Assembly: GCA_013265495.1 (NCBI GenBank)
Contig: MU058065.1
Location: 2,457,003 to 2,521,002, forward strand
Origin: Vicugna vicugna
Taxonomy: Eukaryota
DNA: 64,000 nucleotides
Reading direction: 5' to 3'
The notes beneath the pieces were generated by a model that saw only the letters and a program-made list of their open reading frames with translations, did no database searches and was not told the DNA's origin. Each line of letters begins with the position of its first letter. Positions within the stretch are counted from its first letter, which is position 1. The position numbers were made by a program, and so were the translations under genes. Below are positions 13,103-24,619 of this stretch, in pieces.

Positions 13103-13945
13103 TATTTAATTATTTTTAAGAGCATTTTCAGGTTTATAGCAAAATTTTAAGAGAGATATGGATGTTTCCCGTATACTCCCTTCCCCAGCACATGCACAGC
13201 TTTCTCCATTATCAACATCATTCACCAGAAAGGCACATTTTTTTTTTAACTAAAGCTAAACCTACATTAATGCATCATAGTCACTCAAAGTCCATGATTT
13301 ACTTTAGGCTTCACTCTCGGTGTTGTACATTCTATGGGCTTGGACAAATTCATAAAGACATATATCCATTACTATAATAACACACAGAGTATTTTCATTG
13401 CTGTAAAAGTCCTCTTTGCTCTGCTTGTTTATCTCTCCCTTCACCCTACTCCTGGCAACCACTGCTCTTTTTACTGTCACTATAAATTTGTCTTGCTCAG
13501 AATGTCATGTACTTGGACTCATACAGAATGTAACTTTGTCAGATTGGCTTCTTTTGCTTAGTAAGAAGCATTTACATTTCCTCCATGACTTCATAGCTTG
13601 GTAATTCATTTCTTTTTAGTGCTGGGTAATATTCCATTGTCTGCAATTACTGCAATGTATTTATCCGCTTACCTACTGGAGGACATTTTGGTTGCTTCCA
13701 AATTTTGGCAATTATGAATAAAGCTGCTATAAACACTTGTGTGCAGGTTTTCGTGTGGGCATAAGTTTTCAGATCCTTTAGGTAAATACCAAGGAGTGTG
13801 ATTGCTGGATCATATGGCCATAGTATGCTTAACTCAAAAAAAAAGTCAGACTCTCTTCCAAAGTAGCTATACCATTTTGCATTCCTATCAGCCATGAACG
13901 AGAGTTCCTGCTGCTCCACATCCCTGCCAGCACTTGATATTGTCG
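13103..13945 (-). mobile_element. L1 3' end (L1MC-like) inserted into a MIR (MIR halves ~13060-13102 and ~13946-14040)
   Basis: The minus-strand ORF 13647-13919 encodes an L1 ORF2 C-terminal-like peptide (PYDPAITLLGIY...FIAALFIIAKIWKQPKCP). L1MC-type 3'UTR. Confidence 0.9.
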
Positions 13946-14329
13946 GTTATTATTTCCATTTTAAAGCTGAGACTCAGAGAGGTGATGTAGTTTTGCAGAA
14001 CTCATGCTTCTGGTAACCTGTAGAGACTGAGATTAATCCTACTGGCTTCCCTTTGGGTGTGGACTCAAGTGTTCCAACTGGCAATCTGGAGTGAGGAACA
14101 TGCCATCTTATGTCTAATCTGCTGGTGCCACCTGTCAGAATAGCAGCAGAGGGGCAATGTCACCTCTCTGGACAGCTGTCCAGAGTAAGAAGGGGACCCA
14201 CGCCATGTTCCTGTGGGGCTGACTGGTGAGTCCAGCCTGCAGAATCTGCTTCTAGAATTCGCTCATCTCTCTCCCTCACTGACCACCTCCAATCCACCTC
14301 TGAGAACTGTCAGATGTCTTTTCAAAAGA

Positions 14330-15450
14330 TTTTAAAAATTCAGACTATTTGCATTACCTCTGCCTTTACTTCCCTAGTTCAAGCCACCAAAATTTATTGC
14401 CAGGATATCATTAACACCCCTTATCTGGTCACGTCCATCCTTGCTTTACTATAATTCATCCTGTAACAATAAGCATGAACTTTTTGAAATAACAGTCCCA
14501 TCGTGGCACTTCTTTTCTCAGAAACCTTCAAAAGCTTCCCACCATGCATTAAGTCAAGTTCAAATCCTTTACCATCATCTACATGAACCTGGCTCCTGCC
14601 AACATCTCCATCCTCAGGGTGTTCTCCTCTTGTTTTACTGGGGCCATGCTGGTTTTCACCCCTGATTTGTGAGCGAACCCAGCCAAGATCAGCAGCATCT
14701 CCTAGCGGAGCCCCCTAGCGTGTGGGCAGGACAAACTCAGTGATGGAATCCACAGAGGTTTCATGCTTGTTTGCCACAGGCACCATTTGACAATAAAGAG
14801 CCAACTGTCTGGCTTCCTTCCTTTACTCACTTATGTTTGAATGCCTCCTACTCAAAGGGGCTGTTCCTGGCTGTTCCACTACTTTCTACTTCTTGTTTGA
14901 TTATTTTATTTTGTAACAAGATAAATGTATTTCTATTCCTACTTTATTCATATGTTTTCAGAAATACTTTTGTTCTATTTCTTTACGTTGCTTTCAGCAG
15001 TTATCAGTACCTAAAGTGATAGGATATATTTATTATCTACTTATTTACTGTTAATCTTTCTCAATAAGCTACCAGAGGGCAAGGTTTTTGTCTTATTCAT
15101 TACTGTGTCCCAAGGGCTATAACAACCCTTGTGCAGATTAGATCTCAATAAATATTTGTTGAATGAAGGACTGATATTAAATCTTTCTATCTCAGCCTGT
15201 ATGTTACCCTCAGGGGGCCTCCTCTGATCCCGCCTACTCCCACCCAATGGTGATATGCTCAGGCTGGGCACTTCTGTTCTCTCTAGTACTTCCCTGTTTT
15301 AACACTGTCATGCTGCTTGCCTATTCATCTGTATCCCTCTTTACACTGTAAGTTCCTGGAGACCAGGACTTCTGACCAGGAACTCATTTTATCCCTAGAG
15401 CTTAGCATAAAAACTTGATACATGGCAATGATTGTTAAATATGTTCTGAA
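14330..15450 (+). mobile_element. L2 fragments including L2 3' ends, with a small MaLR piece at ~14660-14810
   Basis: AAGCTACCAGAGGGCAAGG...TCAATAAATATTTGTTGAATGAAGG is the L2 terminus at ~15070-15170. A second terminus lies at ~15345-15450. Confidence 0.65.
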
Positions 15451-16051
15451 GGCATGAGTATATATTCAGCACACATCCCATTCTGGGATGAACGAGTTTG
15501 GCTTTGTGGGAAGGGAGGATGCCAATAGAGAGAAAAATACCCCAAAAGGAGAATGAAATGTCCCTATGTTCATTGTTGTATTTGTATAGGATCTATTTTA
15601 TGAAAATTGAAAATTTCACTTTTAGTTGACTGAACTGTCTACCCACAGATGATTTAAAATTGTCCCTGAAGAGGGAATGACGCAGAAAAGCAAGAATAAC
15701 CGGTGTTGATGTGTGAATTACACCCCTCCGAGTCACTCGTCCGCCTGCTTATCAGTTACATCAGGCTCCTCTCGGTTACTGTGTTTATGATGAGGACTTG
15801 GATTCAGAAGACTAAATGTACTTCAAGAGCCCTCAACAATTTACAGGAGACACTGCCAAACGTTTATCTCACGGTTTCCATCAGCTCCCACTTAAGCCTG
15901 TCCCTTTGAATCTGGTTTTATCTGGATAAACTAGGAGCAAGAAACAAATTATTAAAGATATCCTTCTTTGAGGTTAAAAAGTACCCCTACCTGTGACCTA
16001 CAGTGCAGAACATATGCAAAGCTGTTTTTGGTTTTTTTTTTGGTTTTTGTC

Positions 16052-16218
16052 ATTTTCCTCCCTCCCTTTCTACCTCCCCCACTTCTTTCTCTTTGCATTT
16101 TTTCCTTCTTCCCTCCCACCCTCCCTCCTTTTTCTTTCTCTCTTTCCTTCCTTCCTTCCTTCCTTCCTTCTTTTCTTTCTCTCTCTTTCCTTCCTTCCTT
16201 CTTTCTCTCTTTCTCTTT

Positions 16219-16298
<80 letters not shown>

Positions 16299-16400
16299 TT
16301 TCTTTCTTTCTCTCTTTCTCTCTCTTTCTTTCTCTCTCTTCCTTCCTTTCTTCCTTTCCTCCCTTTTCTCTCCCACCCCACCTCCTCTTCCTTTTTCTTT
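16052..16400. repeat. Polypyrimidine/polypurine tract with (TTTC)n and (TTCC)n microsatellites
   Basis: About 350 bp that is almost entirely C/T on the + strand, with a near-pure (TTTC)n core at ~16217-16297. Confidence 0.97.
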
Positions 16401-16789
16401 GTGGGAGACTGAAGCCTCAGTAAAAGAGTGTGAATTCATCTACAACAGTAATTAGCTCACCTGACGGTGAGATTGCTATCTGAGGTCAATGCTGCAGTCA
16501 GTCCCTAGTCCGAAAGAGCAAGTTGTAAAAGGAAGTCTGTGCTGCCTTGGAAGAGTCCAAAGCTTTTGTTCAGTTTGGGGAAAAGGCCCAAGCTCATGGC
16601 GTGAAGATGTGATCTGTCTCATTGTTTCCTAAGTGGAAAGACCCAGAAGAATGAGAGAAATGAGTAGCTAATGGAGTAATGGGTTATTCATTCTTTTGCA
16701 CACATACCACTTTTCAAATGCAAAACTGTGACTGTGGGTAACTAAAGCAGTTGGAATTAAAACCTCACCCTCACTAGTTACATCTGGCT

Positions 16790-17075
16790 GGGGAGAGCAG
16801 ATGACATAATGCATTGAGGTGGTTAGCACAGTGCCTGGTACACAGTGAGTGCTCAATAGACGCAAGTTGCAATTATTTCGCTGTTGTTATTGTTAGTATT
16901 TGCTGAGTTCTTACTGTGTGCTAGACACTATTCTAGGGGCTTTGTATTTCCTCATGCAGTTAATTCTTCTAACAATCATATTAAGTCAATATTCTTATCA
17001 CTCCATTTTACATTTGAGGAAACAGACACAGAGAGCAAGATCACACAGACGGCAGGTAAGTGGTGAAGCCAGATT
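16790..17075. mobile_element. Two MIR fragments in opposite orientation
   Basis: TTAGCACAGTGCCTGGTACACAGTGAGTGCTCAATA on +, followed by CCATTTTACATTTGAGGAAACAGAC on -. Confidence 0.8.
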
Positions 17076-17679
17076 GCCATCATCACAAGCATCATTATTA
17101 CCACCATTGCTTACATCTGGCTTTGGGGACTGTATGTGAAGGAGGATTTTTGAGTAGTTATTAAATAGGATAGGACTTTTGTTTGAGAGAATTTTAAAAT
17201 AAGATCTATTCAAATTACAAAACAAGTGTAAGTTTATTAGAGAAAAGTTTGGAAAATGCAAACATTTCTAGTTTGAAAAGAAAATGAACCCCACCTGCTA
17301 ACCTACTCTAACATGAAAACTTGGATTATAATACCAATGCTGGCTTCTAACCAATTACAAAATAATATGTTTAGTTTCTTTCTCAAGGAACTTTTCTGTA
17401 AATGGTAGCCTTCCTTATATATAAAGTACTTTGACATCACTTAATTTTGTACCCCATCATACCACTTAACGACTATATTGCACTTTATATGTGAAATTTG
17501 CTTCTACTGGACTGCCTTTTCCAGAAAAATAAAAAACAGCACTCCCTGAGGGCAGGCCTCTTGCCTCATCATCTTTTCATCCTTTGCTCAGTGCTCGGAA
17601 TACAATTATTGATTGATTGAAGCACACACAGCATCGCAAGTATGAGCTCTAAGTCTTCCTGTAAGTCTTCTCACCAGAT

Positions 17680-18205
17680 GACCTCAAAGACGTGTAAGAT
17701 TCAGGGGTGTTGAGGTCTGTTGCAGCCACATTCGTCTTGTCTATGTGGCTGATTCAGAAGGCAGAGAGATGTTAGAGAATTTCTGTGGAGTACCATAAAC
17801 TGAATCAGATGGTGACTCCAGCTGTAGTATCTGTTCCAGATGTGGCATCTTTACTGAAGCAAATTACATAAGCCCCTGGCACTTGGTAAGCAGTGACTGA
17901 CCTCACCACGGCTCTTGCCCTGGTCCAGTTTGCAGGGACCACTAGAAGCACTTTGCTTCCACCTGACAGGGCCAAGACTGTGCCTTCTAACTGTGGGCTC
18001 CGGGTTGTGCTAACCCTCCCGCTGCCTGCCACAATGTAGTATGCCGACAAGGCGATCATCTTGATATTCCAAAGAATAGCACACTAGTCTATGACAACAA
18101 CGTTGATGACACTGTGCACATTGGACTTAGAAGAGCAGGAAATGCTGACTACTTTAGGTACCTTACTATGACATGAACCAGTGGGTGGGAAAGAAGTCCA
18201 ATTTT
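17680..18205 (+). mobile_element. Decayed ERV-L pol (reverse transcriptase) internal fragment
   Basis: From 17785 it translates to VEYHKLNQMVTPAVVSVPDVASLLKQIT*APGTW*AVTDL, against recalled ERV-L [42 protein letters not shown]. A degenerate YxDD region (GTTGATGAC) lies at 18102-18110. Contains stops and frameshifts. Confidence 0.88.
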
Positions 18206-18219
18206 GGGGTATCAATAAC

Positions 18220-18600
18220 TGTACCAGTTAGGATCCAGTCATGAAAACAGAAATCATCCATTTTAACAAAGATAATTAAAAATAAGCATTGGTTAGGCAG
18301 GATGGAAGGTTGAAAAGCCTAAAAGGGAATCCTGATGTATCACAGAGGAAGTAACTGCAGGAAGCAGCTCCCCATCTTAGGGAATTGAGGAAAGAGGTTG
18401 CAGTTTTTGGAACCTATAATCTTGGGGGAGGAATCTTCCAGACCTGGGCTGGGCTGATGGTGAGTTTCAGGACTTGGGGGAGGGCCCTGCAGACGGCTGA
18501 CATTCAGACCTTTGACAGAGGGAAGAACAAGAGAAATAATAGTAGGAACTGTGTTGGACAGAACACGAAGGGTCATTCAAGGTTGTTGGATCATCAGTTT
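18220..18600 (-). mobile_element. ERVL-class LTR fragment (LTR33/LTR16-like)
   Basis: TGTACCAGTTAGGATCCAGTCATGAAAACAGAAA start and AACTGCAGGAAGCAGC resemble reverse-strand ERVL LTRs. The subfamily is uncertain. Confidence 0.5.
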
Positions 18601-18620
18601 ATACTTACCATGTTGGGAAA

Positions 18621-18622
<2 letters not shown>

Positions 18623-18655
<33 letters not shown>

Positions 18656-18778
18656 AGGGGAGGTAATTTATTTATTTAATTAATTTATTTCATTTTTAGA
18701 GGAGGTCCTGGGGATTGAACCCAGGACCCTGTGCATGCTAAGCATGTGTTCTACCACTTGAGCTATACTCTACCCCCC
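18623..18778 (-). mobile_element. Vic-1-type camelid tRNA SINE with a (CA)n tail
   Basis: The reverse strand reads GGGGGGTAGAGTATAGCTCAAGTGGTAGAACACATGCTTAGCATGCACAGGGTCCTGGGTTCAATCCCCAG, containing A and B boxes. Perfect 16-bp TSD ACCATGTTGGGAAATT at 18607-18622 and 18779-18794. Confidence 0.92.
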
Positions 18779-18981
18779 ACCATGTTGGGAAATTGATTTG
18801 ACTTGATGTTTTTCAGGAATGGAATAAGGAAGTAAAGATATAAGATGAGATAACAGTTAAGAAAATGTAGTGTATGTTTCATGCAGACATCTCTCACTTT
18901 TATCCCACTTTAAACTCCCTGTTGGCAGAGATGAAATGCCTACGGAAAACAAGTAGAGAGTCAACAGAAATACCAGGACTG

Positions 18982-19045
18982 ATTCCTGGAGCTGAGAGGC
19001 AGCAACCCTTGGGCCCAGGACACCGCGGGAAGTGCAGAGAAGCAT
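18982..19045 (+). repeat. 64-bp dispersed direct repeat, copy 1
   Basis: 56/64 ungapped identity to 19859-19922. Confidence 0.9.
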
Positions 19046-19054
19046 CTGCCAGAC

Positions 19055-19185
19055 AGGAACATGGTTCGAATCTCAGCTTTATCACAAGTTGTGACATCAC
19101 TCACATTATTGAACCTCCCTGAATCTTAGTTTTTTTCATAACTGGGGTTATTATTACACCATCACACACTGAGTTCTATAGAGTT
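19055..19185 (+). mobile_element. MIR SINE
   Basis: GGTTCGAATCTCAGCTTTATCAC...GAACCTCCCTGAATCTTAGTTTTTTCAT. Confidence 0.75.
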
Positions 19186-19858
19186 AAAATCCAAGCACCA
19201 TTATGCCTCTTACACTTACCACATGTTTATCTTGGGACCACTCCTCCCCTAAAGGGGGTTCACAACCATGAACTGCCTGCCTTTTTCTCACCTCTGATAT
19301 TGACTCATGATCCTTTTTCTCCATTAGGTGACGATCGTTTGGATCTGTTTAGGCTGGACTCCTGAACTGCTTCACTTTCTTGGAACATTCCAGATTGAAC
19401 ACTGAATATTAAGAGCTACAGGCTACCAGGCAGATGTCAGATATCCTCCAGGAACCCAACAGGCAGAGTCTCAGTAACAGTGATGATGATAACAACAGCA
19501 GAGAAACGGCCCCCTAAAAACAGCGGGAAAGGCACAGAGTTTTGAAATCAGATGAAGGGGTAGAATTCAGAAGATACCGATTTACATAAACTTTAGAAAA
19601 AGGAGTCAGAGCATGGCCAGAAAGTCTCCCAGGGCACATTTGTTTGACTTCTTGCACAGGGATGTCAGAGCTTTGTTGAATTGTGAGGCGGCGGGTTACC
19701 TCGTGCACTTGAACCTCTGTTCGTGGAGATATCAGAGCGAGTAGTGGAATGGCCCTCTGTGTAACCCGGTAAAGTCCTTGGAAATCATGAAATAAAAGGC
19801 ATAATGGAAATGATCACTTTTAATATGTTGTAAGTAAACCATTATTTCCTGCATGTTT

Positions 19859-19922
19859 ATTCCTGGAGGTGAGAGGGAGCAACCGTTGGGCCCAGGACAC
19901 AGCACGAAGTGTACAGAAGCAT
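19859..19922 (+). repeat. 64-bp dispersed direct repeat, copy 2
   Basis: 56/64 ungapped identity to 18982-19045. Confidence 0.9.
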
Positions 19923-19924
19923 TT

Positions 19925-20320
19925 CTGAGTTTGGGGGTGCCCCTGCCCCCAAACTCATATGTCGATACCCTAACCCCCAATGTGATGTTGTTTGGAGGTG
20001 GGGCTTTTGGAAGATAATGAGGCTTAGATGCGGTCCTGATGGTGGAGCCGCCATTTTGGAATTAGTGTCCTGATTAGAAAAGAAACTGCAGCTCGCTCTC
20101 TCCTTTCCTCTCTCTCTGTCTCTCTCCCTCCCCTCACCATGTGAGGATATAGCAGGAAGGCAGCTGTCTACAAACCAGGAAGAGGGTCTTGATCAGACAC
20201 CAAAATTGCTGGCACTTTGATCTTGGGTTTCCCAGCTTCCAGAACTATGAGAAGTAAGCATTCGTTGTTGTTTAAGCCACCCAGTGGGTGTTATTCATTA
20301 TAGTAGCCTGAACTAAGACA
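19925..20320 (+). mobile_element. MaLR solo LTR (MLT1A/B-like)
   Basis: CCCCCAAACTCATATG...TTTGGAGGTGGGGC...CCAGCTTCCAGAACTATGAGAA...TTTAAGCCACCCAGT...GAACTAAGACA. Confidence 0.9.
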
Positions 20321-20634
20321 CAAATCAATATAAAACACACCACGCAAGGGACTGCGTGCCTTCAGCATTTTTCAAAGGGGAAAAAAACCCTCACAACAAA
20401 GATTAGCTGTTACTTGACAGGGAGGAAAAGCTCCTGTATTTAGTTTTCCAGTCAATTTGATGATGAAGTTGGAGTTTTCACAGTTTAAACTTTCTTTGGG
20501 TTGAAACCATCACTGTCAGGCGGGGGAGGAGGAAGCTGTCATGACCCACACAGACTCGGGAGGGCAGCTGGGTCATTCTACCCAGGCCATTATCATTCTC
20601 TTCCTGCTCCTCAAAGCCTTCAAAACAGAGGCTT

Positions 20635-20657
20635 TGACGTCAGGTGCCGATGACTCA
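20635..20657. promoter_or_regulatory. Adjacent CRE (TGACGTCA 20635-20642) and AP-1 (TGACTCA 20651-20657) motifs
   Basis: Perfect consensus motifs in non-repetitive DNA. Function is not shown. Confidence 0.4.
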
Positions 20658-21384
20658 TCTTTCCCCCCAGGGCCTCTGGCTGGGATTTGCAGCTGCCTTT
20701 GCAGTAGCTATTCTGTTAGTCATTCACAAAAAAAAGCACATTGGAAAAGCTGAAGGGAAATGCTTGGATGAGCAAGTGATTAAATTTCTATTTTCAAAGC
20801 AGAGAACCCGCTTGCTTGCTCACAAAAGCAGCCTCATGCACTCCCAGGCACCCTAAGGGCACACAGTAAATACTCGCTGATTGACGGACAAAAGCATCTG
20901 CAGCGTCCTTGTAAATCCTGGTGCTGAAACTGAATTTTCAGATATGATTATGTGTTTGGAATCCAGAGGTTTGTGCTTATTTACTCCTCAGAGCCACAGA
21001 AAGTCACTTAGATTCATCGGATTTACATAAAGATGTTAGTAACATCCCTGACCCCGCCCTCATGAACATTCTGAAAGGAAAATGAATAAGGACTTTTCTG
21101 GTGCTTTATCTGCAGGAAAATTGACCTGTGTTCTAAGAGTTATTCTTTGTTTTGCTCCTCATCAATCTTTCAACCTGTTTGAAAATCTGTTCTGGAAAAG
21201 AATAAAAATATCTCCTCACTTGCCAGCAATGTAGGGGAGTGATCAAGATCCCTCCAGCCTGAGACAGGCTCTGTCATCACTGCTTTGCTCCCATTTAATT
21301 GATAGGGAATCTTGAGACCCAGAGAGGGATGGCGAATTAGCCAGTGATGCCAAGGAACTATGGCCTAAACCCATTTCCCTTCTT

Positions 21385-22360
21385 TACCTTCTTAGGGAAT
21401 CTCCATGGCTTTATTATATACCATATATGCCAATGACTCTTACATGTCTTTCTCTAACCCTAGGGTCCAACTGCATATCCAACTTTGTGCTTTACACTTT
21501 TATGTGAAGATCTGATAGGTATTCAACTTTGTATTCAAAGTGGAACTCATGATTTTTCCCCCAAATTTGCCCTTCCCTTGTCTTCCTTAGGGGGGTCTGC
21601 CATTTGTAGTTATTTAAGCCCAAAAGTCTAGGAGTCATCTTTGGTTTTCCTGTTCTCATTCTCTACATCCAATTCATTAGCAAGATTTAAATTGCTCTCT
21701 AGTCCCATCTCTCCATACTCACTGTCAGAACTCTAGTATAAAACATGGTCATCCCTCACTGGGTTAACAGCAGTAGCCCTGAACTGGTCTCTTCTCTTTC
21801 ACTCTTGACTCCTGGAATCTATTTTCCAATGTGAAAGTTAACATGAAATTCTAAAAATATTAATTAAATCTTTTTACCCTGGTTCTTGCTTTAAAATTCC
21901 CATTGTTTTTCAGGAGACATTCAAATCTCCCATCACGGTGGCAGGGACATGATCCTAAACATGATCTAGTTTATCTTTCTCCACTTCCACCTTCTTCTTT
22001 GGCGTCCCTTAGCTCCTCCCATGCACCAGTCTCACCCTATCTCAAGATCTTTGCACTTGATTTTTCCTCTGCTGGAATTCTCCTCCCTACCTTTTCACAG
22101 AGCTCTCTCTTTTTCCATCTTTTAAATATCAGTCCTGAAGCCCCTCCCTCAAGAAGTCATTTCTGAATGCTCCTTCGAAAGCAGTGTTGCCCTGCCCACT
22201 CTTAATCCCTATTCTTCACCTCCCTCAGTTTAATCCCTTTATAAGATTAATCTCAAATGGCAATTATCCACCTTATTCATTGACTTGTTTATTAAATCGC
22301 CACCATCTCCCGCCTCTTTCCAAACAGGTTGTGAGCTCTGGGTGAGCAAACACATTGTCT
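21385..22360 (+). mobile_element. L2 LINE fragment
   Basis: CCATGGCTTT...GCCAATGACTC...GGAGTCATCTTTG...TTTGCACTTG...TTGTGAGCTC follows the L2 3' region pattern. Confidence 0.75.
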
Positions 22361-22369
22361 AGCTTAAGA

Positions 22370-23285
22370 GAGACAGTATGGGGCTCTTAAACATTCTAGA
22401 GACAGTTTTCTTGCATTCGAAGCCCAGCTTTGCCACTTGCTGGGTATGTGACCCTGGAGAAATTGTCTAACCTCTCTGTTGTGAAGAGCTCACTCATACA
22501 ACATCCCTGGCAAAACGGTAACGCCCTCAGCAAGTGTGAGCTGTCACTACTGTTACCCACGTACCTGCTTCACACGTATTTGCTGAATGACCGATACATC
22601 ACTTTTATGTATTCAAGGAAGACTTCTGCTATGTCACAGGATGGATTTTAGAGCACACGTTGGAAAGGGTTCCTGCCTGGGGGCTGACAGTACAGTTCTG
22701 TCAACCTCGGAAGCTGTTTGGAAGCCGGCTGAGAGAGCTGCAGCTGTAGAGAGAGGTGGGAGGCAGCGTGTTGAAATGGAACGCGCTAATAATAGAAGCC
22801 CAAGTTTATTTAGTACTTATTCGGTGCTAAGCACTGTGACCCATTTTTCTATTTTTTCCCTTCAACATGACTGATGGGAAGTTATTTTGAGGCACTCCTT
22901 ACAGTTCCTCATTACACCAGCCTTCCTCATACCACAGAGGCTGTGCACAGCCCATGCCCCCGCTTCCATACTCTTCTCATTCTCTACCCCCACCCGTCTT
23001 CAACTCAACTACAGTGCCGCTTGCTGAGAGCAGCCTCATCTGACCCTGATGGAATGTTCCAGCTCTCCTGTCACATGTGCTCATTATGCCACCTACCCTT
23101 CCTTTCTTGCATGCGCTGTAGCTTACATTAATTTGCATGATTATTTAGTTAATCTTCCTGACTAGATCCTATACTTTGTGGGTCAGGTTTCTGTTTTGTT
23201 TTTCTCACCGTCATATCCCCAGAGTGCGGCAACACCCCTTCTCAATGGCTGGCACACGGGAAATACTACTAAGTAAGTGGGCATC
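22370..23285. mobile_element. MIR and L2 fragments
   Basis: MIR core TTCGAAGCCCAGCTTTGCCACTTGCTGGGTATGTGACCCTGG at ~22415-22457, and an L2-like tail at ~22900-23285. Confidence 0.65.
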
Positions 23286-24619
23286 AATGCTGCAGCAGAA
23301 TGAGACTCCTCCCAAATCTAACTGTGACTCTTCTTTGAAGACTCAAAAATGCAAAAGCCAGTTTTATTTGAATTGAATTTTCATGCTTATCAACTCCCAC
23401 GCTTCTCATTTCTTTCCCAACTGAACTTAACCCAAGATAATGATGAAAAACAAAACTCGTCTTAAGTGCTAGAAAAAAAGAGTAAGTCATGGAAAGGAGG
23501 AAATTGAAGAGAGATAGCAGTGGGAACTTAAAGATAAAACTAGACACTTTCTAGCATCTTTAAACTTTTATTCTATTGAGAATAGTTAAGAAAAAAACAT
23601 ATAAATACTTGTGTTTTCCTCTTTGAAACAAAACAGACAGTCTCATCTGATTCCTTAACAAAGTTATCTGTTCATTCATTATAACCCCTCTGGAAGAAAA
23701 GCTTGATTTTCTTTAAAATTTTAAATGACAGTAAAGACAGGTTCTGTTGACAGCATAAAACTTACAAATGAAAAAAAAATAGCATAGTCCACTTAACATT
23801 ATTTCTTAAGACTCTGGCTCAACAAAAAACCAAGGAAATTCAAAAGAAAAAAAATCACCAAATAGTAATATTTTTACTTATCACTTGATAACAAGGGTCA
23901 TTCAGTTCTTTTTCTTCCCCATTACAGTAAGAATGACTTTAATTCATCATGAACCACACAAATAGCTTTGACCATTCATGCCAGCGATTTCCACTAGGGC
24001 CTATTATGAAATTAGCTGGAAGTCTGACGGAATTCAGAGGAAAACCCAACCACGCAATGACAGTATTGCCAGAGATGGCAGAAGTGGAGAAATGACCAAA
24101 AGAAGCTTGTTAACTCGCTCATGTGATGGTTTATGAAAAGGAGAAATGCTTCTGAAGGGAGAGAGCATATGATACCTCTAGGAGAAGTTCAGAGGACACA
24201 TGACAGGTTTGACTTCAAAGACAGTTGGTAAAACATTGATCAAGTCCAATTGTGAAGAGATCTATTTCAAACGGGGAGTCAAGTCTCTTGTCTGGATTTT
24301 GATTTTTTTCCTCGCCTTTAACAAATTAGTATTTCAAGCAGAGAAAAGATTTTCAGAAGGGCATATGAAAGGGATATGTGCCACTGGGTTTAGATGTAAG
24401 AACAATAAACTGAAATTACATTATTGATGAAGTTACTGAAAGATTTCTTACTATGAATTGAGCCAAAAAGAGAAGTTTACATAAGAAAATTCTTTCTGAG
24501 CCAGTGTTCAACCTGAAAAATATGAACTTAAATGAAGGGAGGAAAATGGCAGAAGAGGGTAACGGGAAAAAGATGAAATGAATCAAAATGTAGAACTTCA
24601 TAAAAGGAGGGGAGTCTAG

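Noticed and set aside
15968..16455. Five ORFs of 103-151 aa rich in F/L/S or K/E/R
   Set aside because: They are translations of the (TTTC)n/(TTCC)n tract.
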